Positions 34,885-47,600 of a stretch of DNA of 64,000 bases are shown one piece after another (position 1 is the stretch's first letter; every line of letters begins with the position of its first letter). The stretch covers positions 1,787,960-1,851,959 of the forward strand of contig NW_003314262.1 in assembly GCF_000143415.4 (NCBI RefSeq). The letters run 5' to 3'. This stretch comes from Selaginella moellendorffii. Its lineage: Eukaryota; Plantae; Lycopodiophyta. The notes under the pieces are model-generated. The model saw nothing but the letters and a program-made list of their open reading frames with translations. It was not told where the DNA came from and made no database searches. Made by a program: the position numbers and the translations under genes.

Positions 34885-35135
34885 AAAAAAAAAAACGAAA
34901 AAGAGGAAGGACGAAAAAAAGGCTCGAAAGCGTCAAAAGAGCGTCGAGCAAACAGCTTCCTTTGTAACAATTCCCAGGTACATTGTTCGTTGGCTATTCC
35001 AGATTAAAAACCACGATATGCGTTTTGTTTCACCGATCATAGAACTTTCGTGTCCCCTCCAATATGTACACGGTCCTTCCTCCTTGGTTGTCTCTTTAAG
35101 TTTCTTCTTCTTCGTCGTCTCGAGAGAGAGCTGCG

Positions 35136-35617
35136 ATGGAGCTGCCAAAGTTTCCAGCGATCCTGCTGCTGCTCTTCGTCTTGATCACAGGTTTAATAGA
35201 AAACCTCTCAAGATCTGATGTTGAACTTGAAAAATCTGCTTTTTTTCCCAGGAGTTGCCCCATTCCTGCCTCCATTTGAGTGTAAGTCTCTGTGATCTCC
35301 TCTCTTGTTCATGGCGCCGTGACTTTGGCCTTTCAGTTGATGGCTCTTGCCCTGACGAGTGCATGCCCAACACCATCTTGGAGTGCGACCACGGCTACCT
35401 CTCCAAGAGCTGCACGAACTGCTGTCGACTCCAGGGGACGTCCTGCGCGCTCATCTTTCTCAACGGGACAAACGCCTGCCGGAGCTCCAGATTCACGTCC
35501 TGTCCCGAGAGCTGCTTGCCAGCTCTGGGATACAAGTGCCGGGATCCACTCTACCTCTCTCGCTGCGAGAACTGCTACCCGGGGTGCTCCATTTTCTTTC
35601 CACCTGGTAGTCCATGA
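35136..35617 (+). CDS. Secreted Cys-rich protein, potato type II (Pin2) proteinase inhibitor-like, two repeat units. Exons 35136-35190, 35252-35281, 35337-35617
   Basis: Signal peptide MELPKFPAILLLLFVLITGVA. Two phase-1 GT-AG introns (61 and 55 bp) splice in frame. Cys pattern C-x3-C-x7-C-x8-C-TN-CC-x6-C-x10-C. Confidence 0.72.
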
Positions 35618-35680
35618 AGAAAACTCAAAAGTTAAGTTGTAACCAAAGCTTTGAAAGTATCACCTTCTTTGATGTGTTGT

Positions 35681-38600
35681 TTAGTCATCTAGTTGTGAAA
35701 GAAGAGCGACTCCTCGCTTCACCCAGTGAGCCTGCGGCATGTTGGACGGGAGCTTCACTTCCATGACGAAGTTTGTCGAGTGGCCGGTCGTGGAAAGGAT
35801 ACCCCTTCGATCACTGGTTTTGTACAACGGAGACAAGTAGTGCGGATAGTTGCCGAATTTTGAGAGCTCCGTCGGAACCAGCCAGAGGATTGGACATGCC
35901 GAGTAGAGAACTTTTGGCTCCGATTCGCCCAGATAATGTGTGTTGTAATCCCATCTAGCTCCTTCCAAGAACAGACCACGAACGTACACGCCAATCTCTG
36001 GCTTTACTGTACAAGCAGCCTGTTTGCAAAGTAACATAGCTTCATTAGTAGATCCAGCAAAATGAGCTCAGCTTACCGGATCCTCCATAACTTGAAACTC
36101 AAAGTCGATCATATCAATGGGAACCTTGGCAGAACGAGCAAAGTTTTGCTTGGCTCCGGTAAGAAACGACTGTGTGAAGAAGAAACCAGATAGCCAGTAG
36201 ACGCTGGGAGGTCCATTGACAACCCAGTCGTGGAAGAACGCTACTCGCTCCAGCAAGTCCGAGACGTAGCTTGCAAGCGGCTTTCTCGACGGATATGACT
36301 TGGCAGCCCACATTGCCGGTATCTTACCATCCAAAAGGCTCCTCCCAAGTTGGTCTAGTTCCGCACTCATGACAATCAATCCTTTCACGGCCTTCTGAAG
36401 CTCGAGAAGGCTGGACCGAATTATACTAAGCAGCTTGTTAAATCTTTCAAGCTCCTGCAATTTGGGAAGTAGAGTGAGCGAGAGAAAGAGAGAATCATAT
36501 AAGTACCTGGCATAGCACCGTGTTCATGGACTCGAGGTAGACAACGGGGTATTTGTTCTGGACAGCTTCGATGTCAAAGTTTCCAGGAAGCTTTCCCAGG
36601 ATATCCGACGATATTCCCAGCATAACATCATCCGGAGACATTGCTGGTGCTCCACCTTTCTTGGATGACCCGCCTTCTGAGGCTGCTGGTGATACTAAAA
36701 GCAGGGAATCAAGAAGCCGGGCCGTTTCGTTCAAGTCCTTGCTTATGGTAGCGTTGTCGTGAAAACCAAAAACCTCGGGGCGAGGCTGATTCGGAAGTCT
36801 CTTAATGAACTCCAAAAAGTTTTCGTAGGTGCCTGCGAAAGGTGAAAGTTTTGATCATAAACAGTTGCACCTTTCGCAAAGCTTACCATCAGGAGGAGCA
36901 CGAAAAAGACCACTTTCAGAGAAAGAATAGTTATCGTCATGAACAGCATCACAATAAATTCCTTCCAGTATTGTGATGAGTGTTCTTCGGTCGTGATCAT
37001 CAGTAACTCGACCACCATAATTACACTCTCCAGTCAAGTAGTTGAGAGCCTTGTAAGGAATCTGCACAAGTCATGTCAGAATGAATATGTCACTGTTTCA
37101 CGTTGCAGAGAACGGAAAACTCACCCTGTCGGGATACTCTTCGATGAACATCTTCAACTGTCGTACGCTAATTCGCAAATCTGATTCGTTGTACTCGTAT
37201 GGGATGTTCCAACCCAAGGGTCCAAACTTTCTCCGTTCCTAACATCATAGAACATCTAAAGTTCAAGAGCGAATATATCATCACGATAAATGCACACCTG
37301 AACAAAAGCATGGAAGAAACAAAGTCCATAGAGCATTCTTCGCCACTCGGGACCTTTCGAACAATTGCTGAAGAAGTCAATATCTGATATCGGATACATG
37401 AAGTAGCTGCCGGTCAAGTTGGCTTTGAGACCATTCGGAGGCTCGTTGGTCATCTTCACCGCATTCTGAAGGATTGCTACTGGAAACGCGTCCGAAGGAT
37501 AGCTTGTCAGCCAGAGCCTGAAATCTTTGTGTGTTTTCTCTTTTGTAAGCTCGTTCTCCCAGTACTTCTCCAGCGTGGCCATCCAGGAAACAGCCAGATG
37601 ACAGTTCTGGAGCGCCACCCAAGAGCCTTCCTTTGCTGCGACGTTGAGAATGGCAATAGCTACTGGGCCCTGTCCCTGTCCAAGCGAGACTGTCTCTAAC
37701 TTAGCCTCTTTATCCGCTGCAAGCTTGAGAAGCATCGACATTGGATCTGAGCCGGGCGATAAAACAAAGACGAGTGGCGTCGTAGCTGAAGCGTCTTTGT
37801 AGCAGCTTTCAAGGTTGAGAGGCAGTGGTTCGATAAACTTTGATCCCAAAGATTCAGCGACATAATTCGCCGTAGCTAACACAAGCTGGAAGGAAGCCGG
37901 GACGAATGCAATGAAGTAAAAAGCAGCAAGTTTATCAAATATACCTTGTCAGGCCGAATGCACCGCAACACTACCATCTTTTGGAATGAGTCGAGCTCAA
38001 TATTCCAGGGCAAAGGAAGTGGTTCCATCTGATATATATTAAAAAAAACAATAAGCTGTTTGTCCAACCAGCAAGACAACGTACATGTGGTTCAGGACTA
38101 TCAAAAATGACGCGCCACTTGTCTGCTTGCTGAATGATGTCTGCATCCAAACCGCTAAAGGCTTCTTTCTGTAATATGAATGACTCTCAAAGATTTAAGG
38201 ATAGTCTTCAGCAAAAAAGAAAAATGTACCTGTGAAAGCCGATAAAGTTCGCCCCACGCCTTGTCGCTAAGCCATGCAGTGGCTTCACCCGCAGGCTTAG
38301 CTGGCTGTTTATCAAGAGCAATGCCTCCCGTCATGAAAAACCTTAGCTGAAAGTGAGAACGAAGCATTGTTAGCCGTTATCAAAACAAAATTAAATAGAG
38401 TTACCTCGTCAAGACTCAGCTTTCCTTCAGCAGAGAAAAGCTTCACTGTCATTAAAAAGACGAACAGAAGTTTGTCCTTCTCAAACAAAGAACGGCAAAC
38501 ATTGCAGTAGAGGGTGTACAGAAAGTGATCGTTTAAAATCCTGAGCCGTGCTCCGAGATCGGGAGATTTCTCACTGTTCATAATGGAAAACTCGAACAAA

Positions 38601-41600
38601 TCTATGAACCATGGTAGCGAATATTGGTACATCGGCTCAATATTGGCCATGTCTGTAACAGAACAAGTCATTAGAACCGATTCATTTTGAATGAGACGTT
38701 CTCACCTGAAACACAAAAAAACAAGATCGCTGTTACTTTTGCCACCGGTTTGTATCCGCTACGTGCATTGTCAATTTTGACCTCAGTTTCTTCGGCAATC
38801 TTTTGCTTGGCGGAAATATCCTCAGACAAAATTTTGGATTGTGAAAGAACCTGGGTAACGTATTGTTTAGACATGATATAGTTTGAAAAAGCTTACCTGT
38901 ATTCCAGTTTCATCTTCAAGAATGTTTCCTTCTTGCGACAGAACCTCCAGCGTTTTATCTTCAATTTCCTTAAGCTGCTTCTTATTGCTCGCACTCTGAA
39001 GAATCAGCTGATTTTTTTCTTCCTCTAAGTCAGGCCGCTCCTTCGCAACAGCTATTCCAAGAAGCTGATCGAACAAGCCTTCCGAGGTAATCATAAAGTT
39101 GAGTAGTGTGACCTGAAGAGAATCGTTAAAACAAAATAAGAATAATGCAAGGAGAGACCACCTTTGCGGAAGTTTCGGGACTGTAGTGAGGGTTCCGAAG
39201 TTTTGTTGTGAGATAGAGACGGAACTTTGAGGAATACTCCAGCGTGTTATCTCCTAGTTTTATACACAGAGTGCCACTCTGTTTAAATGTTAGCTGCAAT
39301 AGAATAGGTTCAATAGCTGGATCAAGTTCTTCGCCAACGTTTTCAACTAAGACAGGCTTTCCAAACTGTAAAGTGCCCAGTTCAACGAGAGAAACTTTAA
39401 AGTGAGGAAGGAGCAACCTGAATTCCAACTTCAAGCTTTCGCAAGAAGTCATTGTCACTGAGTTTTGTGATTATGAGGGCATTGCTTGCTTCAAGATTTT
39501 TTATCCACTTGTTAGCTTGACCCTAGAGTACCACATAAGGTTGGTTAACCACGCACAAAAAAATATCATACCTGAGGATCAATCATCAAGCCCCATCTAC
39601 GAGCAGTTTTGATGATTGTGCCGTTGTCAATCGAGCACTGGTCTTTTGGTAGACCACAGATGTTCCACGCTCGTATCTCTACAGGATCGGCAAGGATATT
39701 GCTGAGAACAAAATCAGTAGAGCATGGGATCTTTTTCCCCTTGCAAACAGCTAGCCAGTCCTGCACAAACATTTCCCATGCTATTATTTCGATTCTTAGC
39801 TCCGATTCTAACTTACCGCAACTGCTTGATCTCTAAACGTCGGAGTAAACACACCGAGATAAGCTATCATCCCAGCCGACAATAGAATGTCCCCGGTCAA
39901 TTTGATGTACGTTTCTCCAAACATTTGAGCCTGGGCTGTCCAGCGAGTTTTCTCACCCCCGAGACCAGACATGAGCTGGTTTGCACGGGTAATTTTTGTG
40001 GCGCACAGACTCGCTTCATCTTCAACCGTTTTCTTCTTAAACTGTGCACCATTTAGCTGCGCATCTAATTCTGCCAGCCTTAACTCGACCTGCAGTAGTT
40101 ATTTCAGACGACAAGTATATAAGAACTTGCAAAAGCACCTTTCGCAAAGACGCCTGCTTCACGCGTAACGCAGACATGACTTCCTCGTATTCAGCTTCAG
40201 CAATTTTAAGTGCTGCTTGTTTAGGTGCCACCACTTTTGCTACGCGATCATAAGCCTCCATTGCAATGATCCAGGAACAAAGCCCGAATGCAGCTTTTGA
40301 AATCACAGCAACTTTAGTTGGCTCCATGTTAGGATTTGCGATGTAACTGCATTTTTCCAAAGTTATCAGCCAACGGTACTAATCTTCACAATAAGCTTAC
40401 GGTCGAATTTTCGCGATGATTTCGACGGAAATGTTGTCCTTGTCATATTCTCTCAAGCTCTTTAGAAAATCAGCATCCGCCAACATCTTTTTGCTACTTT
40501 CCCAGTAGTCCTCAACCATCTGCAACTTTCGATATGAAAAAGATGAAGATCTCCGGTGCATACTTCACCTTTCCTGACCCTCCTGGGTCTTTCATGCGAG
40601 TTGGTTTTATGCTTTTCATGATACAGACTGCTTCCATGACAAGCTTTACTCCCGCAGGTGGACTTTTCATTCCTTTCAGCTCTGATATGTCGTTTTTACT
40701 CAAAGTGTCGAGCGCCTGTGATAATTAGCTTAAGTTTGTAAGCATTAACAACAGGGAAACGTACCTTGAGAGCAGCTTCTAACATGGGCATTGCGGCTGC
40801 TAGTTCAGCCTCTGTGTCATCCTTAATTGCTTTCGCTTCAGCGGCTTTTATGCTTGCTGCAGCTTCTTCCACTAACACAACTTCCCTGACTTTATTTGCC
40901 TCAGTTGTTTCTGTATCAATGACCTATTGAAACGCGATCCATCAATGTAAAATCTCGGAGCTAAAAGATAGGAGGAGGAACCTGAAGCAACTCAGTAACT
41001 TCAGCAGTAGATTGCACTAGCTTAGGCTGGAGTTCCTCCAACTCTTTCTGCATCGTGTTCACGTCGTTTGCTGAACTCTCTAGCTTTTGCAGTCCCATTT
41101 CATATCTGCCATTCGCAATGTCAGAATCTTCTAACTAACATATACATGTACCTTTTCTTAAACCCGCTGACTTCTGCCTGCTTTTTCATTAGCAATGACT
41201 TAAACAAGTTGATCAGCTCAAGGAAACTTGTTGGTGTAACATATGAGTACCGACGCATTACAGTAAAATATTGAAGTGAGAGGTCCTGAGTGAAGAAGAA
41301 TTTATAAAAAAAGAGACATATTTTCAAATAGTAAAATACCTGTACAGAAATATGGAAGTGCACTGTCATGTCTACGAGCCCCGGAATAAGCTTATCATCC
41401 ACATTTACGTCGTCCAGAAATCTAGCTGCAACTGAACGTAATGCCTGGAAGACCGACACTTAAGTAAATTGGTAGATCCTGTGCAAAACTTACTTCTGTT
41501 GGCCAACCGCTAAACCAATCAATCGTGCAACAGTTCACTAAAGATGGGAACTTCCGTAATCGATCTCTGAAAGCTCCACCAATTGGACTAAAAGCCTGCA

Positions 41601-44600
41601 GACAACTATGTTATTTCCTCGATGAAACACCAGATTTTATGTACCAAAGCAATTCGCATGTTCTTAGAGCACTCGTCTACAAAGAATGCGTATAGCTCTG
41701 CACGCGATCCATCCCTTTTTGCGCGTTTTGCTCGAGGTCGAACTGCCTCACAGATGGAACTTAAGTCTGCGGAGTCATAAAGATTTGGAACCTGTAGAAC
41801 TCTCTAGGCTTCAGTAAAATAGCGGATATTGTCAAATGACGCTTACCTCTCCCGTGTTAAGCAGTGAATTTATATCTTCTACAAATCCTTCCATTTTAAT
41901 TTGTGTATCAACGAAAAGGAACATGACGCGCTTGTCCGCTTCTCCAGCTTTCCGCAACATTTTTCCTAAATCCTCCCTCCATTCGGACATGCCATAATTT
42001 TTCGCTATTTCAACCTGCGTTTAAACATAAAAAGCAGATCACACGAGAAAGCGGGAGTACCTGAAATATATCAAAGCCTTCAATAAACGCAGCTAGTCTT
42101 GCAAAACTTTGTCTCCCACTACCACCAACACCTACAAGCAATGCATTTCCTCCCGGCTGCTTAATCACGCGGCAGATACGCGATATATGTTGAATAGCAA
42201 ACTGAAAAAGTACTAGATTCATTTGCTTCGTATTAACTTGGTTATAATCCTCCAAGTATGCTTGCATAACACGCATAAGCCCCTCCTCGTCAGTGATTTC
42301 GTCGTACTGTAATTTTCAAATCGGACGCAAGTTTAACAAAAACTATACCCAAACTTACTTGCGCAGGATCTGCCCCGGGAACCATGAAATCTCCTGCCAT
42401 AAAATACTTCATGTTTCCAGGACTGCTATCCCCTTTCTTGATTTCGGAATGAGTAAAGCTTGCAAAGACTTTTCCATAACGTTCTTTGTAGTGCTTCTCA
42501 AACATTTCCGCCAGAAGTTCGCAAAACCAATCTCTGTCCTTATCGTTGATAAGGCGGTCGTAAAAAATCCTAAGGCATTCATTAGCCCATAGTCGCATGA
42601 TCTTGTACACATTGTCGGTCTCGGCTGGCGCAAATTGCAGGCCCAGAAACACCTGCACTACAAAAAATGAGATATATACCACAAAATAAAAATCGTACCT
42701 TGGAAAGATCACGCAGATTATATGTATAGTGAGACTTCTCCGGAGTGGGGAGAAGCTCACGCTGAACAGTCTGATAGATATCAATTGTCGCAGCAATCAT
42801 AGGAGGCCTAAGTTTAACCACTTGTGGTGGATATCTGGACCTCTTCATCCAGAAATCAACCAAAGAAGAAAATATCCTGCAAAAGACTTTGTTTGCTAAT
42901 TGTCACAAAGAGGAGATCCCGTATACCTGCTCAATGTGGCGTCTGAAAATGGAGTAACACATATAACGTTAAAATGACGTAAATAGCGATTTGTGACTGC
43001 GTTTCGTCCTCCTCCAGGAGGAGCCATTGCAGATATAAACTGAGTATCTATGATGTTTTTGAATGACAGATCATTTCGGTCGTACCTGAAAAGCAAGATC
43101 ACAGTTAAGTCAGACAAGCAAGAGCAATATAAGCGTAAAAACTTACCATCCTTTGTGATCCATCCATTGCCTCAGCAGTTCAATAGGTGGCTGAGCGCCG
43201 TATTTCTCAAGAGCAGGCATACTAAGGTCGTCCACAAGAATTATGCACTGCTTTCCTTTCTGCGGCCCAAAGATTCCTTGTTTCCTTTTGACGAGCTTCG
43301 AGTCAATGATATCCTGCGTCTGGTTAGCACTTGTTTGCGCAGAGAAGTTGAAAAACATGGACTGAAACCTGTTCAACGAAACGTCAATGACAAAAGAAAT
43401 GGAATCGCAGAACTTACTTCGACGTATCCAGCTTCATCAGGTACTGCTTGACGTATTGGCTCTTTCCGGTGCCCGTCGGGCCAACAAGCAGCAAAGGGAA
43501 GGTATGCATCACCAGCTCGTTTACCAAAAACAAATATTTCACCGTATCCGCGGTCGAAACTATTATCCTTGCAAAGTCGGCCTCGGGACTTGGAGGCGTC
43601 TCGTCGACGAGATCGGTCCACGGAACCCATTTTGCTCTATCTTTGTTGAAAACAAAATCGTAGACTAGTTTACCATCTGGAAAATTCTGGGCCACTTTTC
43701 TTGCCGCGGCAACTATGTACTGCTTGTAATCCTCAGGTGGTTGGTTGGCCTGTTTATTGAATGAATAAGAAACTGATAACATTTCAGCTTTTATGACTTA
43801 CAATAAGCTTGCGCAGAAGCACATCGAACTTGGGGCGATCTGCGTGATCCGTGCAAGCACCAACCGCCCAAACCAGTGCAAACAAAAATATGCTGTCCAC
43901 CCAGGTAGCCTTCAAGTTGCCATCCATTTTCTCAGATTGAACCTCTGCACAGCAAACAGGAGCATCACGACATTATGAACAAAAAGGAGGCTTTACTTAC
44001 TGTCCGTCAATTGCGGATCCATGAGGGACCAGATAATGCGCAGCATGCTCTGCACCATGTTTTGCTCCTGCATTCGACAATGTTAACAGAAACAAAACAA
44101 CAAGATTTCATACCTGCATTGCAATCGTCAGCTTGCAATTTTTTTGTACGCAACGTAAGCAGGGCGGTAGCAGCCAGTCGCACAATTTTGAAATCTGGTC
44201 ACTGTAGCGCCCTTGTAAAACCTCTGGCAAAGCTGTGAGCCAAGATGTAACAATCGGCCTCCATCCAATCGCCGAAGGTTCTACATAAACCATTCCGCAT
44301 CTAGAGACAGTTGCAGGTGAGGCCGCCGCCAAGTCCTGGACTTCAAAAATTAAGTTCATCGTGCCAGACATCTGGATAATCTCTCCGCTCATAAGACAAA
44401 GCTTCTTGTTATCATCTAACACCTGCAGAAAAAGATAGTGAGAACTTTCTGTAAGTAGGACCATTACGTTACCGTATTCATGTTCTCGATCCAGATTGCA
44501 TCTACAGGCCCATCGAAAATAAGCCACTTTCGATTTGGAGTAGTGTCAGCCGACTGGTTTCGAAAAGTAGTTGCAAGAACCCCGTCTGTCCACTCATGCG

Positions 44601-47600
44601 AAACGGGGTCAAACTGACCATATAGTTGTCCCATCGTGATGGACTTCGGATTTAGAATATTATACCTGCATACTAATGGACAGGCTGCTTTAGCCATTCA
44701 ACAAAATGTAAGTAAAAAAATAACATACCATGTTACTTGCTCCAGGTTTTGCTGATTCATTTCCGTCAAAGCATCCGCAAGAACCTTGTACATGCAGGTT
44801 TTTGCTCCAAACGAATATCCAACAATCATCAACCCGTGCCTCACAATAATCATCTCGTAGAGTTCTAAGATTTTTCGTATGAATGGTTCGATGGGTATCA
44901 AATTCATCTTGACGCAATTGTTGTTCAAGGCCAAGAGAATGGCATCATAATCCGGCTTCGGAAGGACCTGTCAAACAAAGAACAAACAAAACAATACAAA
45001 ACAGCGAAATAAAACAATAACCACGTACCACGCCGGGAAACAGATCAGCCATGATTCCTTCAAACAAAGGTATATCATGAGACAAAAATTTGGGAAGGTT
45101 GACATCTCGAATAGCTCGAAGAACGAGCACGGACTCGTCCGCATCTCTGTACTTTCTTTTCAAGTTACCCGCAGCTCTGAGCACGGCTATCACCGCACGC
45201 ATACCATAATCATAGTGATCCTGTGAGTACATGATTACGAAATTGCAACTACGTCTATAAACTCCTTACCTGAGAAGACAACTGCTCGCTGCAAAGTCTG
45301 TAAGTTGCCACTAGCTTACGCGCCATATCTCGAGCAAGTCCATACCCAAAAGAATACAAAATAATCTCCCTACAAACCGATGATATGAGTAAAACCAAAA
45401 GTTTCATAAAGAGTTGTGTAGTTACCCAATCATCGCATAATTTGGAACCATCATTGCCACCGGCCGGAACAAAGCCTTCAAATTGTCTGGCAGCTCTGAC
45501 CGTCCGGCATAACCTGGATTCATGGTGATGAACGATGTGCAAGTGGGAATAAGAGGAAGATCTGTTCCCTCGAACATAAATCGCTTGACACCAGCCATAA
45601 TGGCTCGTTGAATGGTAAGAATTTGCTGAGCAATGACGGAAAGCACTTCCAGATCAATACGATTAAACTCATCAAAGCATGCCCAGGCACCAGAGGCAGC
45701 GAGACCTTTGAAAAACTTCCCCATTGCAAGGTAGTCTAGACCATCTGAACAGTTGAAAACAACGCATTGCATCGCAAGGGCCTGCACAAAAAAGGCATGA
45801 TTGTTGTTGCAAAAACGTTATAAAAAGTGTACCTTTGCAAGATCTTTTGTTGTTTCTGTTTTCCCGGTACCAGCAGGACCTTCGGGAGCTCCTCCAAGAT
45901 TAAGATGCAAAGCTCCCATCAGTGTCCGATAACAACGATCAGTAAGGGGTGTAATAACCAGACGACTGCTGTTTCCCAGATACTCGTACCCGTAATTCCG
46001 TGCAGCATTAACCATTTTTACAATTACCTGCGATATTGTCATTCGTAACTTATCAAACCACAACCAGAACTTCTCCGTACCTCGTTTTCTTCAAGGTAGT
46101 ACCTCAATTGGCTGAGCCATTCAAAATCTGTTTCACTGGAGACTTGCTTTTCCTTCAGAAGAGTGACAACGTCCCTTGCATGAACATCAATGACAACCAA
46201 TGCCCCAATCGTCAACCTCTCCATATTGCTTATGTCGCCTCGAACCTGCGGCAAATCAGTGAAGACCAAAGCTAAAAAGAGCTTACCAGTTTTACGAGTG
46301 ATTGTAGCTGGTCAGTACATTTATCCTCGTACTTTTGCAGCCCAGCAGTTCCTCCTTCAATTATTGCACTTGCTACTTCCTCTGTCCAGTATATTTGCGA
46401 CCCACACAAAACGATCATACCGGGCCACTTTAGAATCCAACTCTCGCGAGGCTCAACTGCATAATCGGCAGCGGCTTGCACAACAATGGCCTGTAAGGGC
46501 AAGTGTTAAAACGACGTAAGACATGGCGAAAGGAGAACTGTACCCTTAAGCATTCTTTCATCATCGCTTCGACTTCTATGAGCCACTTCTCCACGTTGCC
46601 TCCTGCGGACTTTGGGTTGTGAGTACGAGTGAATGGCACTTTCTCCGACTCCACGCTCAGCATGGCAGTTATATCCAAGTTTGGCTGGAACTCGAGCTGG
46701 TTGATTCCCTCGAAACACTTCTTTAAAAACGGCTGCACTCTGAGCGGATCTTTTGTCTCCGACAATATTTCCAAAAGTTCGTCATTAGAAAGGAAAAAGA
46801 ACCGAGGAAATGCAAGACGTTTTGTCTCTAGATAATGGTTGAGACCTTTGTTGACAATCTCAAGTTGCGCGTTTCCTTCTTTGAGATCAGCCAAAAGATT
46901 TGGGATATCGGCAGCCTGAGCAGAATAGTTAATGTTAACGTTCATTGGCCCAACGGTTCTCATACCTCCAGCATGCACTTTGTTTTGATAACTTCTGCTA
47001 CAATCCTTCTCCACACTTTATCCGTTGCATGAAATGCAGTTCCTTCTTTCGGCATTTGCTCGATAATATCAGGTGATCCAAAAATTGGCTCCAGATACAT
47101 CCATGCCGCTTGCATTTTGAGCCACTCCCGCAGAACGTCTTGCATCAATGTGATCTATGAAAACAACCACGTCAGTATAGGTCTACCCAAACGGAAGCTA
47201 CAACCTTTTTGAGCCAAATTCCTATCCGCTCTGAGAAAAATTGAGCGAAAGCAGAGGAGAACATGTTCTGTGTTTTGATTATATGTTCCTCCAAAAGGAT
47301 TTGTGCTTCTTCTATGGGGCCACCTTTCAAAATGTGAGTTCCTGTGTTCTTGTACAAAGCATACTGCTCGAAATTGGAAACAAAAGAAAAAGGAAAAGAT
47401 GAGCTACAATAACACATGGTGCTGCTCAAGTACCTCGAAAGCTATAGGAGCCCAGTCCGCCTCCATTTGGTTCAATGCCCTTTCTAGCGAATACTCTTTG
47501 CTTGCATGCTCACTTATTTCCTCCAGCTTTGTTAGATGCTCGTCAATCTGAAAAGAAAATTGTCATAAGCGTACTACAGTTTAAGTCTCACAGATACCAA

